Assembly: GCA_032654565.1 (NCBI GenBank)
Contig: JAULAX010000009.1
Location: forward strand, 32,001-96,000
Source of the DNA: Anaeromyxobacteraceae bacterium
GTDB taxonomy: Bacteria > Myxococcota > Myxococcia > Myxococcales > Anaeromyxobacteraceae
DNA: 64,000 nucleotides
Reading direction: 5' to 3'
A program made the position numbers and the translations under genes. The notes under the pieces are model-generated. The model saw only the letters and a list, made by a program, of their open reading frames with translations. It searched no databases and was not told the DNA's origin. How positions within the stretch are numbered: the first letter of the stretch is position 1; every line of letters starts with the position of its first letter. Shown here in pieces: positions 38,553 to 49,000 of this stretch.

Positions 38553-39305
38553 ATGCTCGCCGCCGCCACCGCCCTGGCCCTGCTCCTGGCCGCGCCGCCC
38601 GCCTGCGGCCTGCCCCCGCTGGCCGGTCCGCCGCCCTGGCGCCCCGGCGAGCGGCTGCGCATGGACCTGTCGCTGCTCGGCTCCATCAAGGTGGGAGAGG
38701 TCCAGTTCTCGGTGGAGCGCCCCGGCGCCGGCGGCGCCGTCATCCCCCTGGTGGGCAAGGCCCGCAACACCGCCCGCTTCGGGCCGCTGCAGAAGCTGGT
38801 GGCGGTGGCCCTCTCCTGGGTGGACGCCGGGACGCTGCGCCCGGAGCGCTACCGCGAGGAGGCCGACGAGGACGGGCGCCGCCGCTCCATCGACGCCCGC
38901 TTCGTCCCCCCCGGCCCCACCGTGATCCTGGAGAGCATGGACCGGGGCAGCCGCGGCAGCGCCACCTTCGAGCGCCGGGGGGAGGTGCTCGATGCCCTCT
39001 CCGCCCTCTACCTGCTCCGCGCCGCCCGGCTGTCGGCCGGCGACCGGCTCTGCTTCGACCTGGTGGCCAATGGCAAGTACTGGCGGTTCGCCGGGGCGGT
39101 GGCCTCCCGGACGGAGACCTTCGAGGTGCCGGCCGGCCGCTTCACCGCGCTGCGGGTGGAGGGGACGGCGACGCGCGCCGACGGCGCCGGGAAGCCCCGC
39201 CCGATCTGGGCCTGGTACTCGGCCGACGCCCGTCGGCTGCCGCTGGCGGTGGTCACCGAGGTGGACCTCGGGGTGGTCTCGGCCAAGCTGGAGGAGGCGC
39301 GCTGA
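38553..39305 (+). CDS. secreted protein, DUF3108-like
   Basis: Signal peptide, GERLRM, DALSALY.LR, ETFEVPAGRF, WYSADARRLPL. Confidence 0.8.
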   Translation: MLAAATALALLLAAPPACGLPPLAGPPPWRPGERLRMDLSLLGSIKVGEVQFSVERPGAGGAVIPLVGKARNTARFGPLQKLVAVALSWVDAGTLRPERYREEADEDGRRRSIDARFVPPGPTVILESMDRGSRGSATFERRGEVLDALSALYLLRAARLSAGDRLCFDLVANGKYWRFAGAVASRTETFEVPAGRFTALRVEGTATRADGAGKPRPIWAWYSADARRLPLAVVTEVDLGVVSAKLEEAR

Positions 39306-39390
39306 GCCGCGGCGGCCCCGGGCGGGCCGTGGTCTCGGGCCGATCGCTCCCCGGTGCGGCCGGCGCCGGCCTGGCCGGCGAGGCCCCGCC

Positions 39391-39753
39391 TCACATCCGC
39401 GCCGCCACCTGGGCCAGCCGGCGGCGGGTGTTGGTCAGCATCTCGCCGAGGTAGTCGAGCTGGTCCACCGGGCCGCCCCCGAGGGCCAGCGACAGCAGCT
39501 GGTCCTGGGTGAGGCGCGGATCGGCCACCGCCCGCTCGATCCCCTGCACGTAGCGCTGGATGTGGCCGAGCGCCTCCCGGACCTCGCGCAGGTCGTCGGA
39601 GAGGAAGTCGAGGACCACGTGCTCACGCGCCGAGCGCCCGGAGAGCCGCTGCCGCAGCGCCTCCACCGGGTCGAGGACCGGCGCCGGCTCCACCCGCCGC
39701 GGCGCCATGACCTCCTGCTGCGACACCGCCACCTGCCCGATCGCCACCTTCAT
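39391..39753 (-). CDS. hypothetical alpha-helical protein (120 aa)
   Basis: ATG overlaps upstream stop (ATGA); heptad-like helices; codon bias. Confidence 0.7.
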   Translation of the reverse strand: MKVAIGQVAVSQQEVMAPRRVEPAPVLDPVEALRQRLSGRSAREHVVLDFLSDDLREVREALGHIQRYVQGIERAVADPRLTQDQLLSLALGGGPVDQLDYLGEMLTNTRRRLAQVAARM

Positions 39754-40526
39754 GGCTTCTCCCCCGCGCCCCGCGCGGTCCGCAGCGCCACCGCGGCGAT
39801 GGCCGCGGCGATCCGTTCGTACCCCTGCCCCTCGTCGGCCAGCTCCTGCACCTCGCGGACGGCCGCCGCCTCGGCCGCCGTCCCCGAGAGCCCCCGGGCC
39901 TTCATGAGCGCCCGCGCCAGCGCCAGCTCGCGGCCGCCGCGCCGCGATCCCTGGGCCGCCGGCCGGGGGCGCGCCGCCGCCGGGGCCTGGGCCACGGCCG
40001 GAGCCAGCGGGTGGCCGTCGGGCGGCGCGGCGCCGCCGCGGACCGCGCCGGCCCGCCCCAGCAGCACCTCGTCCCCGGGCGGCTGGCCGAAGGGCTCCCC
40101 CGGCCAGGCCACCTTCCAGAGCGTGCCGCGGTTGTCGCGGTGGAGCGGGGTGACGAAGCCGCCCGACACCAGGGCGTCGAGCACCCGCAGCAGCCGCCGC
40201 TCGGAGAGCCGCAGCCGGGCCATCAGCTCCCGCTTGCCGACCCGGGCCCAGTTGCGCCCCTCGCTCCAGGAGAGCCGGATGAGGTGGAACCAGGTGGCCT
40301 GCGCCTCGGCCTCCAGCCGCTCTCCGGCCCGGTCGAAGGCGATGAGCGGGATGGGCGCGAAGGCCGAGCGGACCCGGGCGGCGCCGAGCAGCTGGCCGTG
40401 GAACGGGAGGCGACGCAGCTCGCCGGGGGCCAGCGCCTCGGCGGCCACCTGGCCGGCGGTGAGGCGTGCCGTGGGGAGCGCGGCGCTGCCGCGGACACCC
40501 CGGTAATAGGCCTCGCCCTTCGCCAC
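39750..40526 (-). CDS. hypothetical protein with winged helix-turn-helix
   Basis: GKRELMARLRLSERRLLRVLDALVSGGFV...GTLWKV; GGAGG RBS. Confidence 0.7.
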   Translation of the reverse strand: MAKGEAYYRGVRGSAALPTARLTAGQVAAEALAPGELRRLPFHGQLLGAARVRSAFAPIPLIAFDRAGERLEAEAQATWFHLIRLSWSEGRNWARVGKRELMARLRLSERRLLRVLDALVSGGFVTPLHRDNRGTLWKVAWPGEPFGQPPGDEVLLGRAGAVRGGAAPPDGHPLAPAVAQAPAAARPRPAAQGSRRGGRELALARALMKARGLSGTAAEAAAVREVQELADEGQGYERIAAAIAAVALRTARGAGEKP

Positions 40527-40600
40527 CCGACCCCCTCCGGCCCGGCAACGGCCCCGGCGGTCAGGGTAATCGAGCGATATCGCCGGTCAATTTCCTGGAA

Positions 40601-40632
40601 ACGCGAAACGGCGCCCACAGGCGCCGTCGCGT
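40601..40632 (-). terminator. probable intrinsic terminator
   Basis: acgcga(a)acggcgcc-caca-ggcgccgtcgcgt hairpin followed by T-rich bases on the minus strand. Confidence 0.55.
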
Positions 40633-40656
40633 GCCGTCCATCGACCTCGTCGACCG

Positions 40657-41175
40657 CTAAATGAGACCACGGGAGCGCCGCAGCAGCTCCACCGTCTTCT
40701 GGTACTCGATGTCGAAGGCGGCCGTGCCCTCCTGCAGGTGCTTCAGCCGGGCCCGCGCCTCGCGATCGATCTCGTCGTCGACGTCCAGGTGCTTGCGGAA
40801 GATGCCGAAGACCTTCTTGCGGAGGAGGTTGTCCTCGGTGAAGACCTCCTCGACGTTCCGCGAGATCAGCAGCTGCTCGATCATCTGGCCGATGACGTGC
40901 TCGATCCCCTCGTCGCCCATGCGGAAGCCGCGCACGTCGGCCATCTCGCGCTTCACGGCGGCGAAGCGGGAGTGGTCGTAGCCGCGCCGCTCCAGCGCCT
41001 CGCGGGTGGCGGCGTTCACGCGCTCCTCGAAGGAGAGGTACTCCTTCATCACCGACTCCATGTCCTTCTCGGCGTCGTTGATCCGGAGGGTCTCGACCTC
41101 GACGTCCCCATCCTGCATGAGGGTCTGGACGACCTCGCGGGCGATGGTGGGGATGACCTTGGGGTAGAGCCGCAT
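40657..41175 (-). CDS. DUF507-like protein
   Basis: MRLYPKVIP..., duplicated EIDREAR-type helical module; strong codon bias. Confidence 0.8.
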   Translation of the reverse strand: MRLYPKVIPTIAREVVQTLMQDGDVEVETLRINDAEKDMESVMKEYLSFEERVNAATREALERRGYDHSRFAAVKREMADVRGFRMGDEGIEHVIGQMIEQLLISRNVEEVFTEDNLLRKKVFGIFRKHLDVDDEIDREARARLKHLQEGTAAFDIEYQKTVELLRRSRGLI

Positions 41176-41413
41176 GTCGGATTTCCTCGCCTCGACGGCC
41201 GCGACCGTCGCCGTGGCCACGAAGGCCGAGCGGGGACCGCGAGCAAAAGGTGAAGCCTTGTAAACCTCGTCGCCCGTAGGGGCAAGACAAAACTACCCTT
41301 TCTGCGGCCTGGCATGGCGGGAAAATGACGCCCGACCCCGGAAAAGGCAGGAGCGGCGCCCCACCGGGGACACCGCTCCTGGAACCACCCGGCGGTGCCG
41401 GAGGGGGTCCCGG

Positions 41414-42340
41414 CTACCGGGCCCCGTAGATCTTCATGACCTCGGCCAGCAGCTTGAGGGCCTCGGCCCGGGGGCGCTGGAAGGCGTTGCGCCCCATGAT
41501 GGCGCCGAAGCCGCCGCCCTCGGCGATGCCCTTGATCTCGGCCAGCACCTCGTCGGTGCCCTTGGCCTCGCCGCCGGAGAAGATGATGATCCGCTTGCCG
41601 TTGAAGGCGCTCTGCACCACGTGGCGCACCCGGTCGGCCAGGGTCTTGGTGGGGATCTGGTACTTCTCGAAGACCTTCTTGGCCTCGGCCAGCTCCACCA
41701 TGTCCTTGGGCGGCTTCACCTTGATGATGTGCGAGCCCATCTGCGCGGCGATCTGGGCCGCGTAGGCGGCGATGTCGACCGCCGTCTCGCCCTCCTTGGA
41801 GATGCCGGAGCCGCGCGGGTAGCTCCAGGTGACCACCACCAGGCCGTGCGCCTTGGCCTCCTGGGTCAGGTCGCGGAGGTCCTGGAGCTGGGTGTTGCGG
41901 GCGTCGGAGCCCGGGTAGATGGTGTAGCCGATGGCGGCGCAGCCGAGCCGCACCGCCTCCTTGACCGAGCTGGTCAGCGCCGAGCAGGGGGCGCCGCCCA
42001 GCTTGGAGAGCGAGTCGGAGTTGTTGACCTTGAGGATCAGCGGGATCTGGCCGGCGTACCTGGCCGCCACCGCCTCGATGAAGCCGAGCGGCGCCGCGTA
42101 GGCGTTGCACCCGGCGTCGACGGCCAGCTGCACGTGGTACTCGGGGTCGTAGCCCTCCGGGTTGGGGGCGAAGGAGCGGGCCGGACCGTGCTCGAACCCC
42201 TGGTCGACGGGGAGGATCACCAGGTTGCCGGTGCCGGCGAGCCGGCCGGTGTTGAGCAGCCGGTAGAGGTTGGCGAGGGTCCCGGGGCTGTCGGAGCCGT
42301 ACCAGGAAAGGATCTGCTTCACTCGCTCGGTCATCGCCAT
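41414..42340 (-). CDS. fbaB: class I fructose-bisphosphate aldolase (DhnA type)
   Basis: ILPVDQGFEHGP, GYTIYPGS, WSYPRG, HIIKVK, GRNAFQR. Confidence 0.93.
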   Translation of the reverse strand: MAMTERVKQILSWYGSDSPGTLANLYRLLNTGRLAGTGNLVILPVDQGFEHGPARSFAPNPEGYDPEYHVQLAVDAGCNAYAAPLGFIEAVAARYAGQIPLILKVNNSDSLSKLGGAPCSALTSSVKEAVRLGCAAIGYTIYPGSDARNTQLQDLRDLTQEAKAHGLVVVTWSYPRGSGISKEGETAVDIAAYAAQIAAQMGSHIIKVKPPKDMVELAEAKKVFEKYQIPTKTLADRVRHVVQSAFNGKRIIIFSGGEAKGTDEVLAEIKGIAEGGGFGAIMGRNAFQRPRAEALKLLAEVMKIYGAR

Positions 42341-42434
42341 CGTGAATGCTCCAGCGTGGTGGGGGTACGGCGGTGGGGCACGGGAGCCCCCGGGTGGAAA
42401 GCGGGGGGCATCTTCCGGCCGCGGGCCGCAGGAA

Positions 42435-45400
42435 TCAAGCGGGATCGGCCCCGGGCGCGGCGGCTGTCGCGCCGCCCTCGACAAGCGGCCGATCCGGGGC
42501 GTGCCCGGGTTGGAAGCAGCGCTCCACGAAGCCGCAGCCCTCGGCCCGGCAGCGGTCCGGGTCGCGCCCCAGGTCGGCCGGCGTCCGGTCCCCGGCGCCG
42601 CGGGCCAGGTCCGCCGCCAGCCCCGGGGCGGCGCGGGCCAGCCCGGCCAGCGCCTCTTCACCCGGGGTGACGTCGAGGGCGCCGAAGTCGCCGCGCAGGA
42701 ACTGGAGCCGCGCCTCCACCGGCGCGCCGCCGTGGGCCCGCGACGCCGCCAGGGCGTAGGCGGTGAGCTGGAGCCGGTACCGCTCGGCCGCCTCGGCGCG
42801 CGGCACCGCGTACTTGTAGTCGAGGACCAGCAGCCGCCCCCCGGGGCCCGGCCGCACCAGCGCGTCGATGGCCCCGTTGAGGTAGCAGGCGGGAGGGCCG
42901 CCCTCCCCCTCCCCGTCGAGCCGCAGCAGGAAGGGGACCTCGCGCCGCAGCCGCCCCTCGGCCGCCGCAGCCACCAGCGCCCGCCAGGGGGGCGCGCCGA
43001 GGAAGCGGGTCACCTCGTCGCGGATCTTCAGCACCCCGGGATCGGCCGGGTCGTAGCCGCGCCGCGCCGCCACCGCGGCCAGCTGGGCGCGCTGCTCGAG
43101 CGGCGGGGCGGCCAGCTCGAGCTCGGCGAGCATGGCGTGGGCCAGCGTGCCGCGCGAGGTGGCGCGGGCCGGATCGTCGTCGGTGGCGCCGCCGTGCAGC
43201 CCGGAGGGCTCGACCAGCCCGAGCACCCGGGTCAGGTGGTGGCGCCGCGGGCAGCGGGCGAACTCGGCCAGCTGGGTCACCGCCAGCCGGATGGAGGCGG
43301 GAGGGGCCGGCGGGGGGAGGCGCGGAGGCGCCAGGGCCACCGCGGCCGGGGCGGCCACCTCGGGGGGAGCCTCGATGGGCGGGCCGTGGGCCGCGGTGGC
43401 CGCCTCGCCCAGCGGGACCCGCAGGGCCAGCGAGGGATCGCCCCCGACCGCCTCCTCCAGCAGGCCGCGCCAGCCCGGGAAGCCGCGCGAGCCGTCCTTC
43501 TTCGGGCGCCCCTCGCCGGAGAGGACCAGCAGGTCGCGGGCCCGGGTGAGCGCCACGTAGAGGAGCCGGCGCGACTCGGCCGCGGAGGCCCGCTTCGCCT
43601 CCTCACGGGCCGCCTCCAGCGACGGGGTGCGGACGAAGTCGGCCGCCTCGACGTCGAACCAGTCGGCGCAGAGCCGGCCCCCGGGATCGAGCCGGGCCCG
43701 CTCGGCGTCGCTGCGCGTCGGTGCCGCCAGGTCGGGGAGGACGACGATGGGCCACTCCAGCCCCTTGGCGGCGTGGATGGAGAGCAGGGTCACGGCGTCG
43801 GCGTCGTCCAGGTCGGCCTCCGGCTCGCGCGGCGGCCGGGCCGCCAGCCAGCGCAGCCGCGTCGCCAGCTCGGCGGCGGTGCCGCCGCGCTCGCCGAAGG
43901 TCCGGGCCAGGGCCAGGGCCTTCGTGAGGTTGCGCCGGCGCCGCTCGCCGTCGGGGCCGGCCGCCAGCGCCACGTCGAGATCGAGCGCCTCCACCGCCCG
44001 GCGGAGCAGCGGGCCGGGCGCCAGCCGGTCGCGCAGTGGCCGGAGCGCCCGCCAGGTGGCGAGGAACCGATCGAGCCGCCGCCGCTCCTCCGCCGCCATG
44101 GGGATCCCCTGGAGCTGCGGGTCGGTGGCGGCGTGGAGCGCGGCCAGCGGCAGCCCCGCCAGCAGCAGCAGGGTGGAGTCGGTGACGGCGCAGAGCGGCG
44201 AGCGGAGCAGCGCCGCCCAGGCCAGCTCGTCGCCGGGGTCGGCGAGGCTGGCCAGCAGCTCGCCGAGGTCGCGCACCTCGGGGGCCTGGTGGAAGCCGCC
44301 GCGCGCCAGCCGCACCGGGATGCCGGCGCTCCGCAGCGCCCGCTCGTAGATGCCGAGCGCGGTGGTGCGCCGGAAGAGGATGGCCACGTCGCCCCAGCGG
44401 GGCCGGCGCGGCCGCTCGCGCTGGTCCGGGTCGCGCACCCTGACCGGCGCCCCGGCCCGCCCCGAGACCAGCGCCAGGATCCGGGCCGCCACCGCCGCCG
44501 CCTCGCGCTGCCGCCGCTCGGCGCCGTTCCCCGGGGCGCCGTCGTCGAGCAGCTCGGCGGCCGGCGCCAGCCCAGCCGGACGCCGGGCCACCAGCCGGTC
44601 CTCGGGCCGGAAGGCGATCTCGAACGGCCGCGCCACCTCCCCGGCCGGAGGCTGCAGGGCGTGGTCGGAGACCCGGTTGACCAGCGCCACCACCGCCGGC
44701 GCCGAGCGGTGGTTGTCGGTGAGGTGGAGCACCCGCCCCTCCCCCGCCTCCAGCCGCGCCACCACCCCGGCGAAGACGCCGACGTCGGCGCCGCGGAAGC
44801 CGTAGATCGACTGCTTCAGGTCGCCGACCGCCACCGCGATCGGGCCGGCCGGGAGGCCCTGGCGGGGGGCGGTGAGCAGCTCGAAGATGGCCTGCTGCAC
44901 CCCGTTGACGTCCTGGTACTCGTCGACCAGCAGGGCCCTGAGCCGCCCGCGAAGCTCGCCGAGGATGGCCGGGCTGCCGGCCAGCAGGTCGCGGGTGGCG
45001 GTGAGCAGGCCGTCGAAGTCGAGCCCTCGCGCCGCGCGGCGGGCCTCGGCGTAGCGCCGCTCCGCCTCCGCCACGAGGAGCGCCAGCGCTTCACGCTGGG
45101 GGAGCCCCTGCGCCTCGGCGGCCAGCGCCGGCAGCAACTGGCCCCACGCCTTGAGCGCCTCGCAGCCGGCCTTGAGCCGCTCCAGCCCGTTCCCCCGGGG
45201 GCCCGGGGTGGCCGCCGCGCCCAGCGCCGCCAGCCGCCCCAGGGCCGCCGGCGTCGGCGTCCCCCGCCGGTCCCCGTCCTCGACCGCCTCGAGGGCCCGG
45301 GCCACCCGCTCCACCACCGCCACGGCGGTCGGGGTGCGGGCCTCGGCGCGCGCCGCCACCACCTCGGCGGCCGCCGCCAGCAGCGCCCCGCGGGCCGCCT

Positions 45401-46010
45401 CGACCGCGCCGGGCGCCGCGACGGCCACCGGCTGCGGGCCGGCCAGCCCCCGCACCGCCCGCTCCCCCACCAGCCCCGCCACCAGCGCCGCCAGCCCGTC
45501 CGCCCCGATCCCGGCGCAGAGCGCCTGCGCCTCCGGCCGCCCCTGGTCGAGCGCCGCCACCACCGCGCCCCGGGCCGCCTCCTCCAGGAGCGGCGGCGCC
45601 GCCGACTCGTCGAGCACCGTGAACTCCGGGTCGAGCCCGGCCTCCAGGGCCCGCTCGCGCAGCAGCCGGCCGCAGAAGTTGTGGATGGTGCCGATCGCCA
45701 TCCGGTCGAGGCCGCGCAGCCGCTCGGTCCAGGCCGCCCCCTCCGGGCCCCCGGCGGCCCGCCGCGCCCGCCTCGCCACCGCCGCCCGCAGCCGCTCCAC
45801 CAGCTCGGCCGCCGCCTTCTCGGTGAAGGTGATGGCGGCCAGCTCGCCCGGGTCGAGCGGCGTCCCGGTGGCCTCCCCGGAGAGCAGCCGGACGCAGAGC
45901 TCCACCAGCGCGGTGGTCTTCCCCGAGCCGGCGCCGGCCGAGACCGCGGTGTCGCCGCGCAGCTCGAAGAGCGCCCGCGCCGCCTCCGACCAGGTCGGCT
46001 CCCAGCTCAC
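42435..46010 (-). CDS. addA: ATP-dependent helicase/nuclease subunit A (UvrD helicase + PD-(D/E)XK nuclease)
   Basis: SAGAGSGKT, ITFTEKAA, TIHNF, VDEYQD, VGDLKQSIYGFRGAD, IHAAKGLEW, YVALTRA, GAID...LDYK. Confidence 0.9.
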   Translation of the reverse strand: MSWEPTWSEAARALFELRGDTAVSAGAGSGKTTALVELCVRLLSGEATGTPLDPGELAAITFTEKAAAELVERLRAAVARRARRAAGGPEGAAWTERLRGLDRMAIGTIHNFCGRLLRERALEAGLDPEFTVLDESAAPPLLEEAARGAVVAALDQGRPEAQALCAGIGADGLAALVAGLVGERAVRGLAGPQPVAVAAPGAVEAARGALLAAAAEVVAARAEARTPTAVAVVERVARALEAVEDGDRRGTPTPAALGRLAALGAAATPGPRGNGLERLKAGCEALKAWGQLLPALAAEAQGLPQREALALLVAEAERRYAEARRAARGLDFDGLLTATRDLLAGSPAILGELRGRLRALLVDEYQDVNGVQQAIFELLTAPRQGLPAGPIAVAVGDLKQSIYGFRGADVGVFAGVVARLEAGEGRVLHLTDNHRSAPAVVALVNRVSDHALQPPAGEVARPFEIAFRPEDRLVARRPAGLAPAAELLDDGAPGNGAERRQREAAAVAARILALVSGRAGAPVRVRDPDQRERPRRPRWGDVAILFRRTTALGIYERALRSAGIPVRLARGGFHQAPEVRDLGELLASLADPGDELAWAALLRSPLCAVTDSTLLLLAGLPLAALHAATDPQLQGIPMAAEERRRLDRFLATWRALRPLRDRLAPGPLLRRAVEALDLDVALAAGPDGERRRRNLTKALALARTFGERGGTAAELATRLRWLAARPPREPEADLDDADAVTLLSIHAAKGLEWPIVVLPDLAAPTRSDAERARLDPGGRLCADWFDVEAADFVRTPSLEAAREEAKRASAAESRRLLYVALTRARDLLVLSGEGRPKKDGSRGFPGWRGLLEEAVGGDPSLALRVPLGEAATAAHGPPIEAPPEVAAPAAVALAPPRLPPPAPPASIRLAVTQLAEFARCPRRHHLTRVLGLVEPSGLHGGATDDDPARATSRGTLAHAMLAELELAAPPLEQRAQLAAVAARRGYDPADPGVLKIRDEVTRFLGAPPWRALVAAAAEGRLRREVPFLLRLDGEGEGGPPACYLNGAIDALVRPGPGGRLLVLDYKYAVPRAEAAERYRLQLTAYALAASRAHGGAPVEARLQFLRGDFGALDVTPGEEALAGLARAAPGLAADLARGAGDRTPADLGRDPDRCRAEGCGFVERCFQPGHAPDRPLVEGGATAAAPGADPA

Positions 46011-49000
46011 GGCGCCACCTCCGGCTCCGGCTCGCCCACCAGGGCGGCCTCGCCCTGGAAGCGGCAGACCGCGCCGAGCTCGCAGCGGGCGCAGTCGCGG
46101 CTGGCGATGGGGAGCGCCCCGGCCCGGACCCGCCGCACGGCGTCGACCACGGCCCGGGCCAGCGCCGGCTCGTCGGGACGTCCCTGCACGGCCTCGAGCC
46201 GCTCGGCGCTGCCCAGCAGCAGGTAGGTGGCGGCCAGCTCCCGGCCCGGCAGCGCCCGCCCGGCCGCCAGCAGGTAGAGCGGCACCTGGAAGCTGGTGAC
46301 GCCGAAGGCCTCCGGGTCGAGGAGCTTCCGGTGACGGCCGGCGTCGCCGCCGCTCTTGTAGTCGATGACCAGCAGCCGCTCCGGCGCCGCGTCGACCCGG
46401 TCGATCCGCCCCTGCAGCCGGATGGTCTCGCCGTCGGCGGTCAGCTCCAGCGGCGGGGTGGCCGACGGGCCGCCGAACTGGTGCTCCAGCAAGGCCGGCG
46501 CCAGGCCGTCGCCGCCGCCGGCCTCGGCCTCGACCACCCGGGCCAGCCGGGCCAGCACCGCGCCGCGCCGCGAGCTCCAGACGGCCGGGTCGCCCACCTT
46601 GCCGTCGGCCTCGAACTCGGCGAAGACCGCCTGCGCCAGCTGGCGCGCCTCGGCCCGGTCGGCCGGCCCGCCCGCCGGGGGCCAGGCGCCGCGCCCGGCG
46701 CGCCCCCGCACCCAGCGCTCCAGCACGGCGTGGAGCAGCCGCCCCTCCTCCCGGGCGTCGATGTCCAGCCCGGCCTCGTCGGCCTCGCGCAGCCGGGCGC
46801 CGGTGGCCAGCAGGAAGCGGAACGGGCAGCGGGCCAGGTTCTCCAGCTGGTGGGCCGACCACTCGGCCGGCAGCCGGCGGTGGAGCTGCTCCAGCCCCGC
46901 CCCGGCGATGGCCCCGGCGTAGGGGCCGGTCCGGCCGGCCAGCACCGCCTCGCGCCGCTCCCGCTCGATGGCGCCGACCGCCAGCGCCCCGGCGGCGCGT
47001 CCCTCGAGCCCCACCGCCGCCAGCGCCGCCAGCGTCGCCGTCCCCGCCCCGCCCCGGGCCAGCGCCGCGGCCGCCAGCAACGCTTCACGATCGGTGCGGG
47101 CCTCGGCCAGGGCCGGCGCCCGGGCCGGGCCGGGCAAGGTCACCCCGGCCTCGGCCAGGGCCTGGGCCAGCAGCGGCGAGGGCTCCCCCCCGCCGGCGGG
47201 GCCGGGGCCGGGCCAGAGCACCGCCAGCCGCTCCCGCCCGGCGGCCACCGCGCAGGCCAGCTGGTGGAAGGACTCGGCGCGCCGGACGGCGCCGGTGGCC
47301 AGCGCCCCGCGGCGCAGCAGCCCGTTCACCGCCTGGCGCTCCGGCTCGCGGAGCAGCGGCTCGGCCGCCGCCGGGGCCGGCACCGCCCCGGCCCCGCAGC
47401 CCACCAGGATGGCGGCCCGGGCTGAAGAGCCCGGCGCCTCGGCGAAGGCGGCCAGCTCCACGGCCCCGCCGAACGGCTCCCGCCCGCCGCGCAGCGAGGC
47501 GCCGTCGACCGCCAGCGCCAGCAGCCGCTGCCAGTCGGGGGCGGCCAGCCGCTCGCCGCTCCGCCCCAGCATGGTGAGGGCGCGCACCAGCTGGTCGGCC
47601 GTCTCCTCCAGCGTCGCGAGCGCGGCCAGGTCCCGGGTCGCGGTCTCCGCCTCGCCCTGCCCGGCGCGGCGGCGCAGGCCCGACGCCTCGAGGTAGTCGG
47701 TGAGGCGGGAGGCGTGGGCCGACGCCGTGGCGTCGGTGGAGAGCGGGCGCAGCCGCGCCACCAGCGAGGCCAGGCCGTCGGCGGCGCGCCCCAGCGCCTC
47801 CCGCTCCCGGACCGCCCGGGGGCCGCTCAGCGCCTCGCCGCGCCGGCGCAGCGAGCTCTCGGGGTCGCCGCGCCCGTCGAGCGCCCCGGCGGCGTCGAGC
47901 CAGCGCCCCAGCCCCGGCCCCAGCCCGGAGGTGACGAGGTAGCTGGAGGCGGCCAGCCGCTCCAGCGTGCGCCGGTCGCGGGTGCCGCCGGCCACGCCGA
48001 GCGCCGCCAGGACCACCGCCACCACTGGCGACTCGGCCAGCGCGCCGGACCGGCCGGTGGCGAAGGGGACCCCCTGGGCGGCGAAGGCGGCGGCCAGCCG
48101 CGGGGCCGAGCGGCGCGGCGACGGCGCGAAGACCAGCAGCTCGGCGGGCGGGACGCCGGCGGCGATGAGGTCGGCCGCGGTCCGGGCCGCCAGCGCCGCC
48201 TCCCCCTCCTCGCCGGCCCCGGCCAGCGCCAGCAGCTCCCCCTCCAGGAGGGCCGGGCCCGGGGGGGCGCCGGCCAGCGCCGAAAGCAGCGCCGCCGGCC
48301 GGGCGGCGCGGGCGGGGTCGTCGACCCGGTCCAGCGAGACCTCCAGCTGGCGGCGGCCGGAGAGCTCGTGGAGCGCCTCGACCCGGCGCAGCAGCGGCTC
48401 GGCGGCGGCCGAGAGGGCGGGGGCGTCGGCGAAGGCCGGGAGCTGGAAGCGGCTGCGGGCGGCCCGCGCCGCCAGCGCCTCCACCAGCGACCACTCGGCG
48501 GGCGAGAGGCTGGTGAAGCCGTCGAGGAGCAGGAGCTCCAGCTCGTCGCCGTCGTCGAGCGGGACCCCCCGCCGGACCGCGGCGGCGGCGGCCCGTGCCG
48601 CGCCGGGACCGTCGAGCAGCCCGAGCCGGTCGAGCCGGGCCTCGAAGGCCTCGAGGGCCCGGGCCAGGGTGCCGAGCCGCTCCGCCGCCGCGCCGCCGAG
48701 CGAGCCGGCCGCCAGCCGCGCCGCGCCGACCGGCACCTCGCCGCGCCGCAGCTCGGAGAGCGTGGCGGCCAGGGCGCCGGCCAGGCCGCTCTCGGGCCTG
48801 AGGCCGGCCAGCGCGCCGCCGGCCTCGTCCCCCGCCGCCACCGCCAGCAGCCGCTCGCCGAGCGGGCTGAGCACGGCGCGCCCGTCGCCGGCCGCGGCCA
48901 GCGCCCGGGTCACCAGGGCGTCGAGGGTGGTGACGGTGGGGCCGAAGAGCAGCCCGCCCCCGGCGTCGCAGAGCCGGCGTGCCGCGCGGGTCGCCTGGAG

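Noticed and set aside
42270..46226. 1318-aa plus-strand ORF
   Set aside because: Antisense shadow of addA.
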